Shown here in pieces: positions 30,176-39,699 of a DNA stretch of 64,000 nt. Source of the DNA: an uncultured Aquirufa sp. (GTDB taxonomy: Bacteria > Bacteroidota > Bacteroidia > Cytophagales > Spirosomataceae); NCBI GenBank assembly GCA_964618445.1, contig CAZUAZ010000001.1, positions 3,577-67,576 on the forward strand, given 5' to 3'. Under the pieces are notes generated by a model. It was given only the letters and a program-made list of their open reading frames with translations, ran no database searches and had not been told where the DNA came from. Numbering within the stretch: the stretch's first letter is position 1; every line of letters begins with the position of its first letter. A program made the translations under genes and the position numbers.

Positions 30176-31821
30176 GATTTACGAAAAAGAGGTACTTCTT
30201 TATTTTCAGCTTGGTGCTAGGGATTTCGTTAGCATCAGCTTCGTTCGTTGCCACCAATGATCGATTATTTGAAATTGCCAAAAATCTTGACATCTACGCA
30301 TCTGTTTTTAAAGAACTGAACAAGTATTATGTGGATGAAGTAGATCCTCAAAAGGCCATGCAAACATCCGTGGATGCATTACTTAAATCATTCGACCCTT
30401 ACACCGTTTTTTATCCAGAGGATGAGCTGGAAGACTTTTTGTTAATGACAACAGGTAAGTACCAAGGGATTGGTATTCAGCTCAGCGAGATTAATCAACA
30501 ACATCACATTACTTTTATTGAGTCAGATAGTCCTGCTGAAAAAGCTGGATTACAGATTGGCGATCAACTCATCGCGATCAATGACATACGCATCACATCC
30601 AAAACAGAAACAGATCCTGCCCAACTAATGAAGGGGGCGGCAAATGCCCCTTTGGTGATCGAAATACAAAGACCTGGGGTGCAAAGCACGCAAAAAATAA
30701 CCTTGACACGTGCCACTGTTCAGATTAAAAATGTTAGCTATTTTGGGATAATCCAACCAGGAATCGGATACATACAATTGGACGAATTCAACGCTAGTGC
30801 AGCGAAAGAGATGAAAAGTGCGCTAGTTTCCCTAAAACAACAAGGGATGAAGTCCCTCATGTTAGATTTACGAAATAATCCAGGTGGACTCCTTACTCAG
30901 GCCATTGACATTTGTAATTTGTTCCTACCCAAGGGAACAAAAATTGTTGAAACGCGTGGTAAAATTGAAGAATGGAATAAATCCTATGCGGGACTAAACG
31001 CCAGCTTTGATACCGAAACACCCATGGTTGTTTTGATCAATAAAAATTCAGCCTCTGCAGCAGAAATTGTAGCAGGTGTTTTACAAGATTATGATCGGGC
31101 GGTCATTATCGGTCAAAAAAGTTATGGCAAAGGACTTGTGCAGGTCACACGTGATTTGCCTTTTCACACCAAAATTAAAATCACGACAGCAAAATATTAT
31201 ACGCCAAGTGGCCGCTGTATTCAAGCTGTCGAGTACAAAAATGGATCAGCGATCACACATGCGGATTCAACGAATCGCACATTTCTGACTAAAAATGGGC
31301 GTAAAGTAGTGGAAGGTGGGGGAATTACACCCGATCAGGTTGTGCATAAATCACAGCAGTCGTCCTTCATACACGCACTACTGAAACAGTATAAAATATA
31401 TCTTTTCGCGCTAGCCTATCGAATCAAAAATCCAAGCATTTCACCAGCAGCAAAATTTGAATTAACGAAATCAGATCTTGCAAGCTTCGAATCTTGGCTA
31501 ATGCAAAGTGACTTTACCTTCGAAAGTACCGTTCAATCCCAAGTAAAAACCTTGCTAGCCGCTACCGAAAAAGACCCAGTCTATGCCACGTTGCGTCAGT
31601 CTTTACTGGCGTCAAAGGCTGGGGAAAAAATTACCTTACATCAAGAGATTCAAGCTAATCAAGAGGAATTGAAACAATTGATAAGCCAAGAAATTATTTT
31701 ACACTATTATTTGCAAAAAGGGGTGAATCAATGGGCGAACACCCATGATCCTATCATTCAAGTGGGAGAATCCTTATTGCAGAAACCAGATAAGTTCCAG
31801 TCCATTTTGACGTCAAAATAA
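30172..31821 (+). CDS. S41 carboxyl-terminal processing protease (PDZ)
   Basis: DPYT, DLRNNPGG, SASAAEI and SYGKGLVQ motifs. Confidence 0.93.
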   Translation: MRFTKKRYFFIFSLVLGISLASASFVATNDRLFEIAKNLDIYASVFKELNKYYVDEVDPQKAMQTSVDALLKSFDPYTVFYPEDELEDFLLMTTGKYQGIGIQLSEINQQHHITFIESDSPAEKAGLQIGDQLIAINDIRITSKTETDPAQLMKGAANAPLVIEIQRPGVQSTQKITLTRATVQIKNVSYFGIIQPGIGYIQLDEFNASAAKEMKSALVSLKQQGMKSLMLDLRNNPGGLLTQAIDICNLFLPKGTKIVETRGKIEEWNKSYAGLNASFDTETPMVVLINKNSASAAEIVAGVLQDYDRAVIIGQKSYGKGLVQVTRDLPFHTKIKITTAKYYTPSGRCIQAVEYKNGSAITHADSTNRTFLTKNGRKVVEGGGITPDQVVHKSQQSSFIHALLKQYKIYLFALAYRIKNPSISPAAKFELTKSDLASFESWLMQSDFTFESTVQSQVKTLLAATEKDPVYATLRQSLLASKAGEKITLHQEIQANQEELKQLISQEIILHYYLQKGVNQWANTHDPIIQVGESLLQKPDKFQSILTSK

Positions 31822-31825
31822 GCTA

Positions 31826-32506
31826 ATGAGTTATATTCTTTCTATCGAAACGACGACTCCCCTCTGTTCTGTTGCGCTACATCAGGATGGAAAGTTGTGC
31901 TTTTCATGTGATTCAAAAGAAGAAGGAGTTCATGGAAAAAAATTGACCCGATTAATCGAACTGACGCTCCAGCAAGCTGACATACAAGCTAACCAATTAG
32001 CTGCCATTGCCATATCAAATGGACCAGGTTCATATACTGGATTACGTATTGGTTTAGCAACTGCCAAAGGACTTTGCTTTGGCCTTGACCTTCCACTTAT
32101 TACCCTAAATACATTAGAAATTATGGCCGCGGCTTGGGACATAAACACGAATAGCCTTTTGCTCCCCATGATCGATGCTAGGCGCATGGAAGTTTATGCT
32201 GCTATTTTAGATCCACAAAACAATAAAACTGTTGTAGAAACTCAAGCAATTATTTTGGAACCAGACACATTCCTATCGATCAATCAAAAGATGATAGCAT
32301 TCGGAAATGGCGCCATGAAGTGGCAAAAAACATGCCAACATCCCCTGATTGAATTTTCGGAGGCGCACCCATTTCCTGAGGCACAAAACATGGGATTACT
32401 CGCATTCAAGCAATTTCAGAACAACGTATTTGCACCAATTGTAAAGACAGAGCCAAACTATTTAAAAGAATTTATGGGTACAAAACCCAAAACAGCCAAA
32501 AGTTAA
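31826..32506 (+). CDS. tsaB: tRNA threonylcarbamoyladenosine biosynthesis protein TsaB
   Basis: ILSIETT, GPGSYTGLRIG and IDARRMEVY motifs. Confidence 0.95.
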   Translation: MSYILSIETTTPLCSVALHQDGKLCFSCDSKEEGVHGKKLTRLIELTLQQADIQANQLAAIAISNGPGSYTGLRIGLATAKGLCFGLDLPLITLNTLEIMAAAWDINTNSLLLPMIDARRMEVYAAILDPQNNKTVVETQAIILEPDTFLSINQKMIAFGNGAMKWQKTCQHPLIEFSEAHPFPEAQNMGLLAFKQFQNNVFAPIVKTEPNYLKEFMGTKPKTAKS

Positions 32507-32507
32507 T

Positions 32508-33035
32508 ATGGAAGAACCTATCATCAATCGCGTCAATCAAAGTGGCTTAATCCAATTGGATTTAGAAACCATGCGCACGCCTGGCGAACGGATCTTTTTC
32601 GATTTAGCCCCACTCCTTTTCATGGGTTTAGCCTTGAAAGAAAAAGAATACCGCGAATTTTTAGCCGGACATGACTGGTCGGCATACCAAGACAAATTCG
32701 TGGCCATCGGTTGCACCGCAGATGCCATTATTCCCACGTGGGCGTATATGTTGGCGGCCACCTACCTAAACCCTGTCGCACGTTTGACCATATTTGGCAA
32801 TCTGGCTGATTTAGAAAAAACGTTGTATCTAAGCAAAATTGACTCGATTGATGCGGCAGAATTTCAAGATACACGAATCGTCATCAAAGGCTGTTCAAAG
32901 GAGTCTGTGCCTACTGATGCGTATGTGGCGTTAATGCAAAAATTACAACCCGTTGCGAAAAGCATCTTTTTTGGCGAGCCTTGTAGCACCGTACCTTTAT
33001 TCAAAAAAGCAGTACAGCCCAAAAATAATTCCTAG
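32508..33035 (+). CDS. DUF2480-family protein
   Basis: IINRV.QSGLI.LDLE, DAIIPTWAYML, IKGCS and FGEPCSTVP pattern. Confidence 0.8.
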   Translation: MEEPIINRVNQSGLIQLDLETMRTPGERIFFDLAPLLFMGLALKEKEYREFLAGHDWSAYQDKFVAIGCTADAIIPTWAYMLAATYLNPVARLTIFGNLADLEKTLYLSKIDSIDAAEFQDTRIVIKGCSKESVPTDAYVALMQKLQPVAKSIFFGEPCSTVPLFKKAVQPKNNS

Positions 33036-33057
33036 CTTTGCCCTTGATCCGATCGCT

Positions 33058-33942
33058 ATGTCACAACAATCCCAAGAACAATATCAGTTTATTGCCCAAA
33101 TATTGAGCAAACATACTGGGGAGTCAACCCAAATCGATGACTTCCAATTTTTCTATGGGGGAAATTTCAATTTGGCAGTTAGGTTGCGCGTTAAAAACAC
33201 GGAATATTTCATTAAGTGGACGCAAGGCGATCATCAAGGACTTTTTGACGCAGAGGCCAAAAATTTACGAATGATCCATGCTACGGGTGCCATTCAGGTG
33301 CCGCAAGTATTAGGAGTTGGCCAACTCGATGAAAAGGAATATTTGATGATGGAGTGCATAGAATCAGCCGACAAACATGCAAATTATTGGCACGATTTTG
33401 GTGAAAAGTTAGCGCATTTACATAAAAACACTTCTTCCTTGGGACATGGGTTAGACTACACAAATTTTATCGGTGCTGCTACCCAAGAAAATTCGTGGAA
33501 AAAAGACGGAGTCGATTTTTTTATAGAAAACCGACTCAACAAACAGGTTGACCGTGCCTTATATGATCGAAAAATCACTCCTGAATTAGCCGAGAAATTT
33601 CATGGACTTTACGAGAAACTACCTGATTTGTTGCCACATGAGGCACCTGCTTTAATTCATGGAGATTTATGGTCGGGAAATGCAATGGTAAATGAGCGAG
33701 GACTTGTCACACTCGTGGACCCATGCTGTTACTATGGATTGCGTGAGGCTGAACTGGCATTTACAACCATGTTTGGTGGTTTTGACACGAAATTTTATGA
33801 GGCTTATCATGCCACATTCCCCATTGAAAAGGGATTTCACGAGCGCATTCCGCTCTATAATTTGTACCCATTGATGGTACACGTAAATCTGTTTGGTGAA
33901 GGGTACTTACCTGCGGTCAACAAGATTTTAGCTAGTTACTAA
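33058..33942 (+). CDS. Fructosamine kinase family protein
   Basis: FDAEAKNL, LIHGDLWSGN and DP..YYG.RE.ELA motifs. Start MSQQ at 33058. A TAGCTTTG promoter element overlaps the upstream stop. Confidence 0.88.
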   Translation: MSQQSQEQYQFIAQILSKHTGESTQIDDFQFFYGGNFNLAVRLRVKNTEYFIKWTQGDHQGLFDAEAKNLRMIHATGAIQVPQVLGVGQLDEKEYLMMECIESADKHANYWHDFGEKLAHLHKNTSSLGHGLDYTNFIGAATQENSWKKDGVDFFIENRLNKQVDRALYDRKITPELAEKFHGLYEKLPDLLPHEAPALIHGDLWSGNAMVNERGLVTLVDPCCYYGLREAELAFTTMFGGFDTKFYEAYHATFPIEKGFHERIPLYNLYPLMVHVNLFGEGYLPAVNKILASY

Positions 33943-35173
33943 GTTGGGCCTCCCAAGTAGCTACCACATCATCAGGTGAAATTGCTCCTGGAAAAAAAGA
34001 GACTAATTTTCGAAGTATTTCCTCAATTACGGCGTCTGGACAGGAAGCCCCACAGGTTAACAAAACGACTACCTTTTCTTTGTTTGGGATAAAATCCACC
34101 GAATTAACTTCTGCTTTTTTACGATTACTAAAGTGAATTATCTCTTGATTAGACACCAATTGATCCGCAGATTTAATAAAGTAAGTAGGTAATTTCTCAG
34201 CACATAAATCCACTAAATGTGCCGTATTCGAGGAGTTGTACCCGCCGGCAACCAGTGCAAAATCTGCCTCCACTTGCAACAAACCATACGTTGCACTCTG
34301 ATTATCATTCGTCGCATAACACAAGGTATCACGGGTATCGGCAAAATGTTGTGTTACCTGATCTGCGCTAAGGTGGTAGTAATCAACGATGACCTCACGT
34401 AAATATTCAACAATTTCTTGCGTATCTGTGGCTAGCATAGTCGTCTGATTGACGACACCGAGTCGTTCTAAATCAGTATCCGGATTAAATCCATCTGAAT
34501 ATTGCCCCTCAAACATATCGTAGAACTCCTCAGCGGAACTTTCTTTACGTATAAACTGAGTAAGCAATTTGGCCTGTGATAAATCCTTAATCACCAGCGT
34601 GGGAGTTATCGCCTTCGAATGTGAGAAGGTCGCTTTGGTTTCCTCGTGACTTGGTTTGCCGTGTACAATTACGGTATAGTTGTTTTTCCCGATCGCATCC
34701 GCACGATTCCAAACCTTTTCTACAAAAGGACATGTTGTGTCGTACGCATAGGTATCAATTCCTTGTAACTGAAGACGCTCTTGCGTTTCAAGCGTAGTCC
34801 CGAAAGCCGGAACAATAACGATATCATCTGCATTAAGTTCAGAAAAAGGAATCAGTGGTACACCTTTCGTATCTTGTAAAAATTGTACCCCGCGATCTAA
34901 TAAATCTGCGTTAACAGCAGGATTATGAATCATCTCCGAAAGTAAAAAAATACGTTTATTTGGATTTTCCTCTATAATACGATAGGCTGTTTCCACGGCA
35001 TTTTCTACACCATAACAGAATCCAAAGTGACGAGAGAGGTGGACTTCTAATGGTCCAAATTCTAGTTTGGTAGGACTGAAATCTCGTTTTAGTTTATCAC
35101 GAAGTCGGCGAACCTCTTTAATTCGACCAATAAGATTGCTTTTAAATAGCGAAGGAATCGAAAATGACTTCAT
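33932..35173 (-). CDS. ispH: 4-hydroxy-3-methylbut-2-enyl diphosphate reductase
   Basis: GFCYGVENA, IHNP, DTTCPFV, NQTT, DTLCYAT and NSSNT motifs. Confidence 0.94.
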   Translation of the reverse strand: MKSFSIPSLFKSNLIGRIKEVRRLRDKLKRDFSPTKLEFGPLEVHLSRHFGFCYGVENAVETAYRIIEENPNKRIFLLSEMIHNPAVNADLLDRGVQFLQDTKGVPLIPFSELNADDIVIVPAFGTTLETQERLQLQGIDTYAYDTTCPFVEKVWNRADAIGKNNYTVIVHGKPSHEETKATFSHSKAITPTLVIKDLSQAKLLTQFIRKESSAEEFYDMFEGQYSDGFNPDTDLERLGVVNQTTMLATDTQEIVEYLREVIVDYYHLSADQVTQHFADTRDTLCYATNDNQSATYGLLQVEADFALVAGGYNSSNTAHLVDLCAEKLPTYFIKSADQLVSNQEIIHFSNRKKAEVNSVDFIPNKEKVVVLLTCGASCPDAVIEEILRKLVSFFPGAISPDDVVATWEAQLSN

Positions 35174-35407
35174 GAACTCTCAAATTAAGTAATTAGCTAG
35201 ATTTCTCAGCCCAAATAACTATGATGGCGCTAAAGAGTTTTCAAATTTACCAAATCGACCTATCATTGCCTATATTTAACAAAGAACAAATGACCTTAAA
35301 ATAATTAATTTTACAATTGGACAATAAATGCCATTGCCTGATAAATAACTTGTCGTATTTTTGTTGTCCAATAAAATTGATCTAATTATTATAAATCTTC
35401 TAACGCA

Positions 35408-36025
35408 ATGAGCAACTCTACTTCCCGTAAGTATGGATTTAAGCGTTTCATGAAAACAAACTGGATCAGTTCTTTCTTTAAATCATTTATTGAAAATCCA
35501 GTCAATTTTCTCTATACCGGGCTTGGATTATTTGTACTGATTATCAGTTTCGAAAATTCATTTAGTGACACGCCTACACAAAAAGGATATTTAATCGGCA
35601 CAATAGAATTCGGTCACGAAGGAGAACACGTGATTCAATGTGATGCCGTCTCTGCCAGTGTTCGTCTTGAATCAGGCCAAAAAACGTTGAGTTTAATTGC
35701 CACAAATCAGCAATCGAAAGAAACTATTTACGTGAAGATATTACAGCTCAGAGGAACCGGAACCTATTTTATTCCTGGAGATGGTGAGTCTGGAAATATT
35801 GGAAATATCATTCACAATGTGGATGACTTCAGAAATAAAAACAATTTTTACGAAGCCAAAATGCCCGACAGTTCAGGCGTTCAAAATGGGGTAGGGCGCC
35901 TAAACATCACGTATCTGTCTGATACGGAAATTGAAGGTAACCTCGTACTTATTGGCAATAATCCCAAAGGACAAAAAGCCGTGTTGGAGTCATCCAAATT
36001 CAAGGTTTCTATTGTCGTTCCCTAA
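35408..36025 (+). CDS. Hypothetical membrane-anchored beta-rich protein
   Basis: 205-aa ORF with one hydrophobic segment near the N-terminus. TATTTTTG promoter element at 35356..35363. Confidence 0.6.
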   Translation: MSNSTSRKYGFKRFMKTNWISSFFKSFIENPVNFLYTGLGLFVLIISFENSFSDTPTQKGYLIGTIEFGHEGEHVIQCDAVSASVRLESGQKTLSLIATNQQSKETIYVKILQLRGTGTYFIPGDGESGNIGNIIHNVDDFRNKNNFYEAKMPDSSGVQNGVGRLNITYLSDTEIEGNLVLIGNNPKGQKAVLESSKFKVSIVVP

Positions 36026-36033
36026 ACATTCCC

Positions 36034-36384
36034 ATGGAATTTGAACCCGCCATCGTGCACGCTTCATTTGAAGCGGTATTAGACTTTTTTGAAAATCAAT
36101 TTCAGAAACGACCTACCGATTTAGAATCCGTTCTATTTTTAATTGGTGTACAAGAGTTGGGACAAGGCCATGTACATTTCACAAAAGAACAAAAGCAAGA
36201 TTTGATGCACATTGCTACATGTAAAGTACTCAGCTACAGCGGGTTTTATGCGCTAGAGGGTCTTGATGCAGAAGGATGGCCCCATTGGAATTTGGTTAAA
36301 CCTGTACCAACCCTCAATTTAAAAGAACAAGATCTCTTGCTGAAAGCACATATTGTGCATTACTTTGAATCTGAAATCTTTTAA
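36034..36384 (+). CDS. Conserved Bacteroidota hypothetical protein
   Basis: LFLIGVQELG...KQDLMHIATC...GWPHW pattern. Operon spacing with xth. Confidence 0.7.
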   Translation: MEFEPAIVHASFEAVLDFFENQFQKRPTDLESVLFLIGVQELGQGHVHFTKEQKQDLMHIATCKVLSYSGFYALEGLDAEGWPHWNLVKPVPTLNLKEQDLLLKAHIVHYFESEIF

Positions 36385-36389
36385 TCTAA

Positions 36390-37163
36390 ATGAAAATAAT
36401 CAGTTACAATGTGAATGGCATTCGTGCCGCCATCCAAAAAGGATTCACTTCTTGGTTGGCCGAACAAGCAGCTGATATTATTTGCATTCAAGAACTTAAA
36501 GCGGAACGTGAGCAAGTAGACACGCAAGAAATTGAAGCGCTTGGCTACCACATCTACTGGCATTCAGCACAAAAAAAAGGTTATTCTGGCGTTGCCATAT
36601 TTTCCAAGCTCAAACCAAATCATGTTGAAATCGGATGTGGCATGGAAAAATACGATTCTGAAGGCCGAGTTATCCGTATCGACTTCGATCATGTTTCTGT
36701 GATGAGTGTCTATATGCCTTCAGGCTCTAGTGGGGATGAACGCCAAGCATTTAAGATGGATTGGCTGGCCGACTTCCATGCGTATGCAACTAACCTACGA
36801 ATGCAAATTCCGCATCTGATCATTTCAGGTGATTACAATATTTGCCACCGCGCAATTGACATTCATAATCCAAAGGGAAATGCTAATAGCTCTGGATTTT
36901 TACCGGAAGAAAGAGAATGGATGGAAAATTTCATCCAAAATGGCTTTGTGGATACTTTTCGTTTGATTCGCTCCGACGAACCACACCAATATTCCTGGTG
37001 GAGCTATCGTGCTGGTGCGCGTGGAAAAAACTTAGGTTGGCGCATCGATTATCACCTCGCCTCGGACACGTTAAAAGAACGTATTCATAATGCCTACATA
37101 TTACCAGATGCGATGCTCTCTGACCATTGCCCAATTGTTGTTGAACTTAAACCCATCTCCTAA
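36390..37163 (+). CDS. xth: Exodeoxyribonuclease III
   Basis: SYNVNGIRA, CIQE, GYSGVA, GDYN, YSWWSYR, GWRIDY and SDHCP motifs. Confidence 0.96.
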   Translation: MKIISYNVNGIRAAIQKGFTSWLAEQAADIICIQELKAEREQVDTQEIEALGYHIYWHSAQKKGYSGVAIFSKLKPNHVEIGCGMEKYDSEGRVIRIDFDHVSVMSVYMPSGSSGDERQAFKMDWLADFHAYATNLRMQIPHLIISGDYNICHRAIDIHNPKGNANSSGFLPEEREWMENFIQNGFVDTFRLIRSDEPHQYSWWSYRAGARGKNLGWRIDYHLASDTLKERIHNAYILPDAMLSDHCPIVVELKPIS

Positions 37164-37465
37164 TGCACTTCGAAAAACATGTATTTATCTGCTCAAATGA
37201 CAAAGATGCCCCTAAAAAATGTTGCGGTTCCGGACATGGGATGGAGCTTGTAGAAAAATTTAAAGCTACCTGGGCAGCACAGGGTTTAGACACGAAAATT
37301 AGAATTCAACGAGCGGGATGCTTAGATTTTTGTGGAAAAGGGCCCACCATGGTCGTATATCCCGAAGGTGTGTTTTATGGTAATGTTCAGCTAACAGATG
37401 TTGAAGAAATTACTGAATCACATTTGGTCAATAACACTCCTGTTTCTCGCCTTCAAATCGGATAA
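37163..37465 (+). CDS. Thioredoxin-like [2Fe-2S] ferredoxin
   Basis: HVFIC...CC...GCLDFCGKGP..VVYPEGVFY. TAATG overlap with xth. Confidence 0.88.
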   Translation: MHFEKHVFICSNDKDAPKKCCGSGHGMELVEKFKATWAAQGLDTKIRIQRAGCLDFCGKGPTMVVYPEGVFYGNVQLTDVEEITESHLVNNTPVSRLQIG

Positions 37466-37471
37466 ACGCGT

Positions 37472-38095
37472 ATGATTTTTCGACTATACCCGACCCTCTT
37501 AAATTCATTCTCATTGTATTTAAACCAAACGCGTGATGCGCAGGGTAAAATTATTGTGGATGAAATTGAGATGATTGAGCGTATTAATCGCGTAAAAAAA
37601 CCAACGACCAAGGCCCAACAAAAAGGTGTCGATTTTGAAAGAGCTGTAACATTAGGTGAAAATGAAGATTTGTTTGCCGAAGGAATTATCGACAAAGCAC
37701 GCAACTTAATTCCTGATAAATACAAAACGCAATTTTACGTGGAGTCCCGCTATAAAAACACCCAAATTTATGGCTACGTGGATGGCGTCGGAGAACATGT
37801 CGCCTTTGATTTAAAGAGCACATCATTCTACGAACCCGGCAGATTTTTAAAGAATCACCAAAACCTGTATTTATTGGGTCTGCAGAAATTTGGTATTGAA
37901 CAACTCGACTACGTCATTACGGATTTTACAGATGTATATGTAGAATCCTATCATCTAAACACCATGGACTTCAATCCATTGTATGAACAAATCGAAAAGT
38001 TTACCGCTTTTTTAGAAGAGAACAAGCGATTCATTCGAGATAAAAAGATTGTTGATCGCAAAGCGAATGACAACCAACTTTCCCTTTTTGAATAA
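37472..38095 (+). CDS. Putative PD-(D/E)XK (RecB/Cas4-like) nuclease with C-terminal beta-clamp motif
   Basis: KGVDFE, GYVD, FDLKST and HQNLY motif series. The protein ends QLSLFE. Confidence 0.65.
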   Translation: MIFRLYPTLLNSFSLYLNQTRDAQGKIIVDEIEMIERINRVKKPTTKAQQKGVDFERAVTLGENEDLFAEGIIDKARNLIPDKYKTQFYVESRYKNTQIYGYVDGVGEHVAFDLKSTSFYEPGRFLKNHQNLYLLGLQKFGIEQLDYVITDFTDVYVESYHLNTMDFNPLYEQIEKFTAFLEENKRFIRDKKIVDRKANDNQLSLFE

Positions 38096-38776
38096 TTAGC
38101 TGATCCATTCAAGCAGCGCGCGCATTTCTTGAATTTGGATCTCACATGATGAAGCTACATTTCGCTGATTCAAATGAATCCCTGCAATTCCTGCCAGTGC
38201 TGCCCCATGAATATCAATGACCGGATGATCTCCAATCATTAAAGCCTCATCTGGTTTAACTCCCGCTATTTGCAAGGCAAAATTAAAAAATTCAGGAGCC
38301 GGTTTTTTGTGACCAGTAGTCTCAGAAGTAATCACCTCTTTAAATAAATGACGCATTCCGGCACCCTCAATTTTAACCCATTGTATATCATTAAAGCCAT
38401 TCGTTAAAATATAAAGCGGATATTTTTGAGCCAAAATTTCGACCACCTCAAACGAATCAGCAATCAAATGTGTTTTTCGTGGTGTTTGATATAGATAAGC
38501 TTCTGAAAATTCATGCGCCGGCCCATCTATTTTTAGTGACTCAAAAAAACGCACAAATCTAGTTTCACGAAGTGTTTTTTGAGAAATGCGACCCATTTGA
38601 TAATCCTCCCAAAGCGAATCATTTAGTTGTTGAAATGTATTCCACATAAAATTCTCATCGGCAAGCGGCAGATTGAATGCGTCGAATAATGCTACTAATA
38701 CTTCGTTTGCATTTCGATCGTGATCCCAAATGGTGTGATCCCAATCAAAAAAAATTGCTTTAGGGGTAAATTTCAT
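38096..38776 (-). CDS. yjjG: YjjG-family HAD noncanonical pyrimidine nucleotidase
   Basis: FFDWDHTIWD, ILTNG, KKP and MIGD...DI.GA motifs. Start MKFTP at 38776. Confidence 0.85.
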   Translation of the reverse strand: MKFTPKAIFFDWDHTIWDHDRNANEVLVALFDAFNLPLADENFMWNTFQQLNDSLWEDYQMGRISQKTLRETRFVRFFESLKIDGPAHEFSEAYLYQTPRKTHLIADSFEVVEILAQKYPLYILTNGFNDIQWVKIEGAGMRHLFKEVITSETTGHKKPAPEFFNFALQIAGVKPDEALMIGDHPVIDIHGAALAGIAGIHLNQRNVASSCEIQIQEMRALLEWIS

Positions 38777-38780
38777 CGAA

Positions 38781-38805
38781 CAAAGGTAATAATAAGCTAC
38801 CTTTG
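38781..38805. promoter_or_regulatory. Back-to-back divergent -7 promoter elements
   Basis: CAAAGGTA-N9-TACCTTTG, i.e. TACCTTTG on both strands. Confidence 0.7.
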
Positions 38806-38827
38806 CGCCTATTAAATTCCAAAAGCT

Positions 38828-39637
38828 ATGGAGCATCAACTGCAACTCAAAAGACCGTTGGCCTTTTTCGATTTAGAAACCACGGGAATTATGGTCAATC
38901 GCGACCGAATCGTCGAAATATCGATTGCCAAAGCCAATATTGATGGCTCTGTAGAGGTAAAAACGAGACGTGTAAATCCCGGTATTCCAATTCCGTTAGA
39001 AGCTTCATTGGTTCATGGAATCTATGATGCCGATGTTCAAAATGAGCCTAATTTCAAACAAGTAGCGAAATCACTAGCCACGTTTTTAGATGGTTGCGAT
39101 TTAGCTGGATTTAATTCGAACCGATTTGATGTACCTATGTTGGTTGAAGAATTTCTACGGAACGATGTAGATTTTGATATGAAAAATCGAAAATTAGTAG
39201 ATGCCCAACGTATTTTCCACATGATGGAGCCGAGAAATTTAACAGCTGCTTTCCGATTCTATTGCGACAAGGAGCTGGTAGGCGCACATGGTGCAGAGGC
39301 AGATGTGCTAGCTACGTTGGAAGTGCTAAATGCACAAGTAAAACGTTATGCAAATACCAGCATGAAAGATGCTGAAGGAAATGAATATTTCCCGATTCAA
39401 AATGATGTAAACAAATTACACGAATTGAGTGCCTCAAACTCAATTGATTTTGCCAATCGAATGGTTTACAACAAAGATCAAATTGCCGTTTTTAATTTTG
39501 GCAAACACATTGGTAGACCTATTTTGGAAGTACTTAAATCAGATCCTTCCTATTACGATTGGATGATGAAAGGTGATTTCCCGATGGATACAAAACGAAA
39601 ATTGACTGAAATTAAATTACAAGGTTTTCAACGTTAG
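38828..39637 (+). CDS. DEDDh 3'-5' exonuclease (DnaQ/Pol III epsilon-like)
   Basis: FDLETTG, GFNSNRFD and AHGAEAD motifs, plus a C-terminal FNFGKH..G domain. Confidence 0.9.
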   Translation: MEHQLQLKRPLAFFDLETTGIMVNRDRIVEISIAKANIDGSVEVKTRRVNPGIPIPLEASLVHGIYDADVQNEPNFKQVAKSLATFLDGCDLAGFNSNRFDVPMLVEEFLRNDVDFDMKNRKLVDAQRIFHMMEPRNLTAAFRFYCDKELVGAHGAEADVLATLEVLNAQVKRYANTSMKDAEGNEYFPIQNDVNKLHELSASNSIDFANRMVYNKDQIAVFNFGKHIGRPILEVLKSDPSYYDWMMKGDFPMDTKRKLTEIKLQGFQR

Positions 39638-39699
39638 GGACTATAAAATTCAGTTTAATTCGTATTTTTGCCTCGCATAAATGCATTTAAATAACGACT

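Noticed and set aside
35174-35250. Riboswitch in the ispH leader (AACTCT/AGAGTT pairing next to the ATG)
   Set aside because: Only about 7 bp of pairing in AT-rich sequence, with no recognisable aptamer.
37472-38095. Cas4 / CRISPR adaptation gene or prophage remnant
   Set aside because: It has no Fe-S cysteines, and no cas1/cas2, array or other phage genes are nearby.
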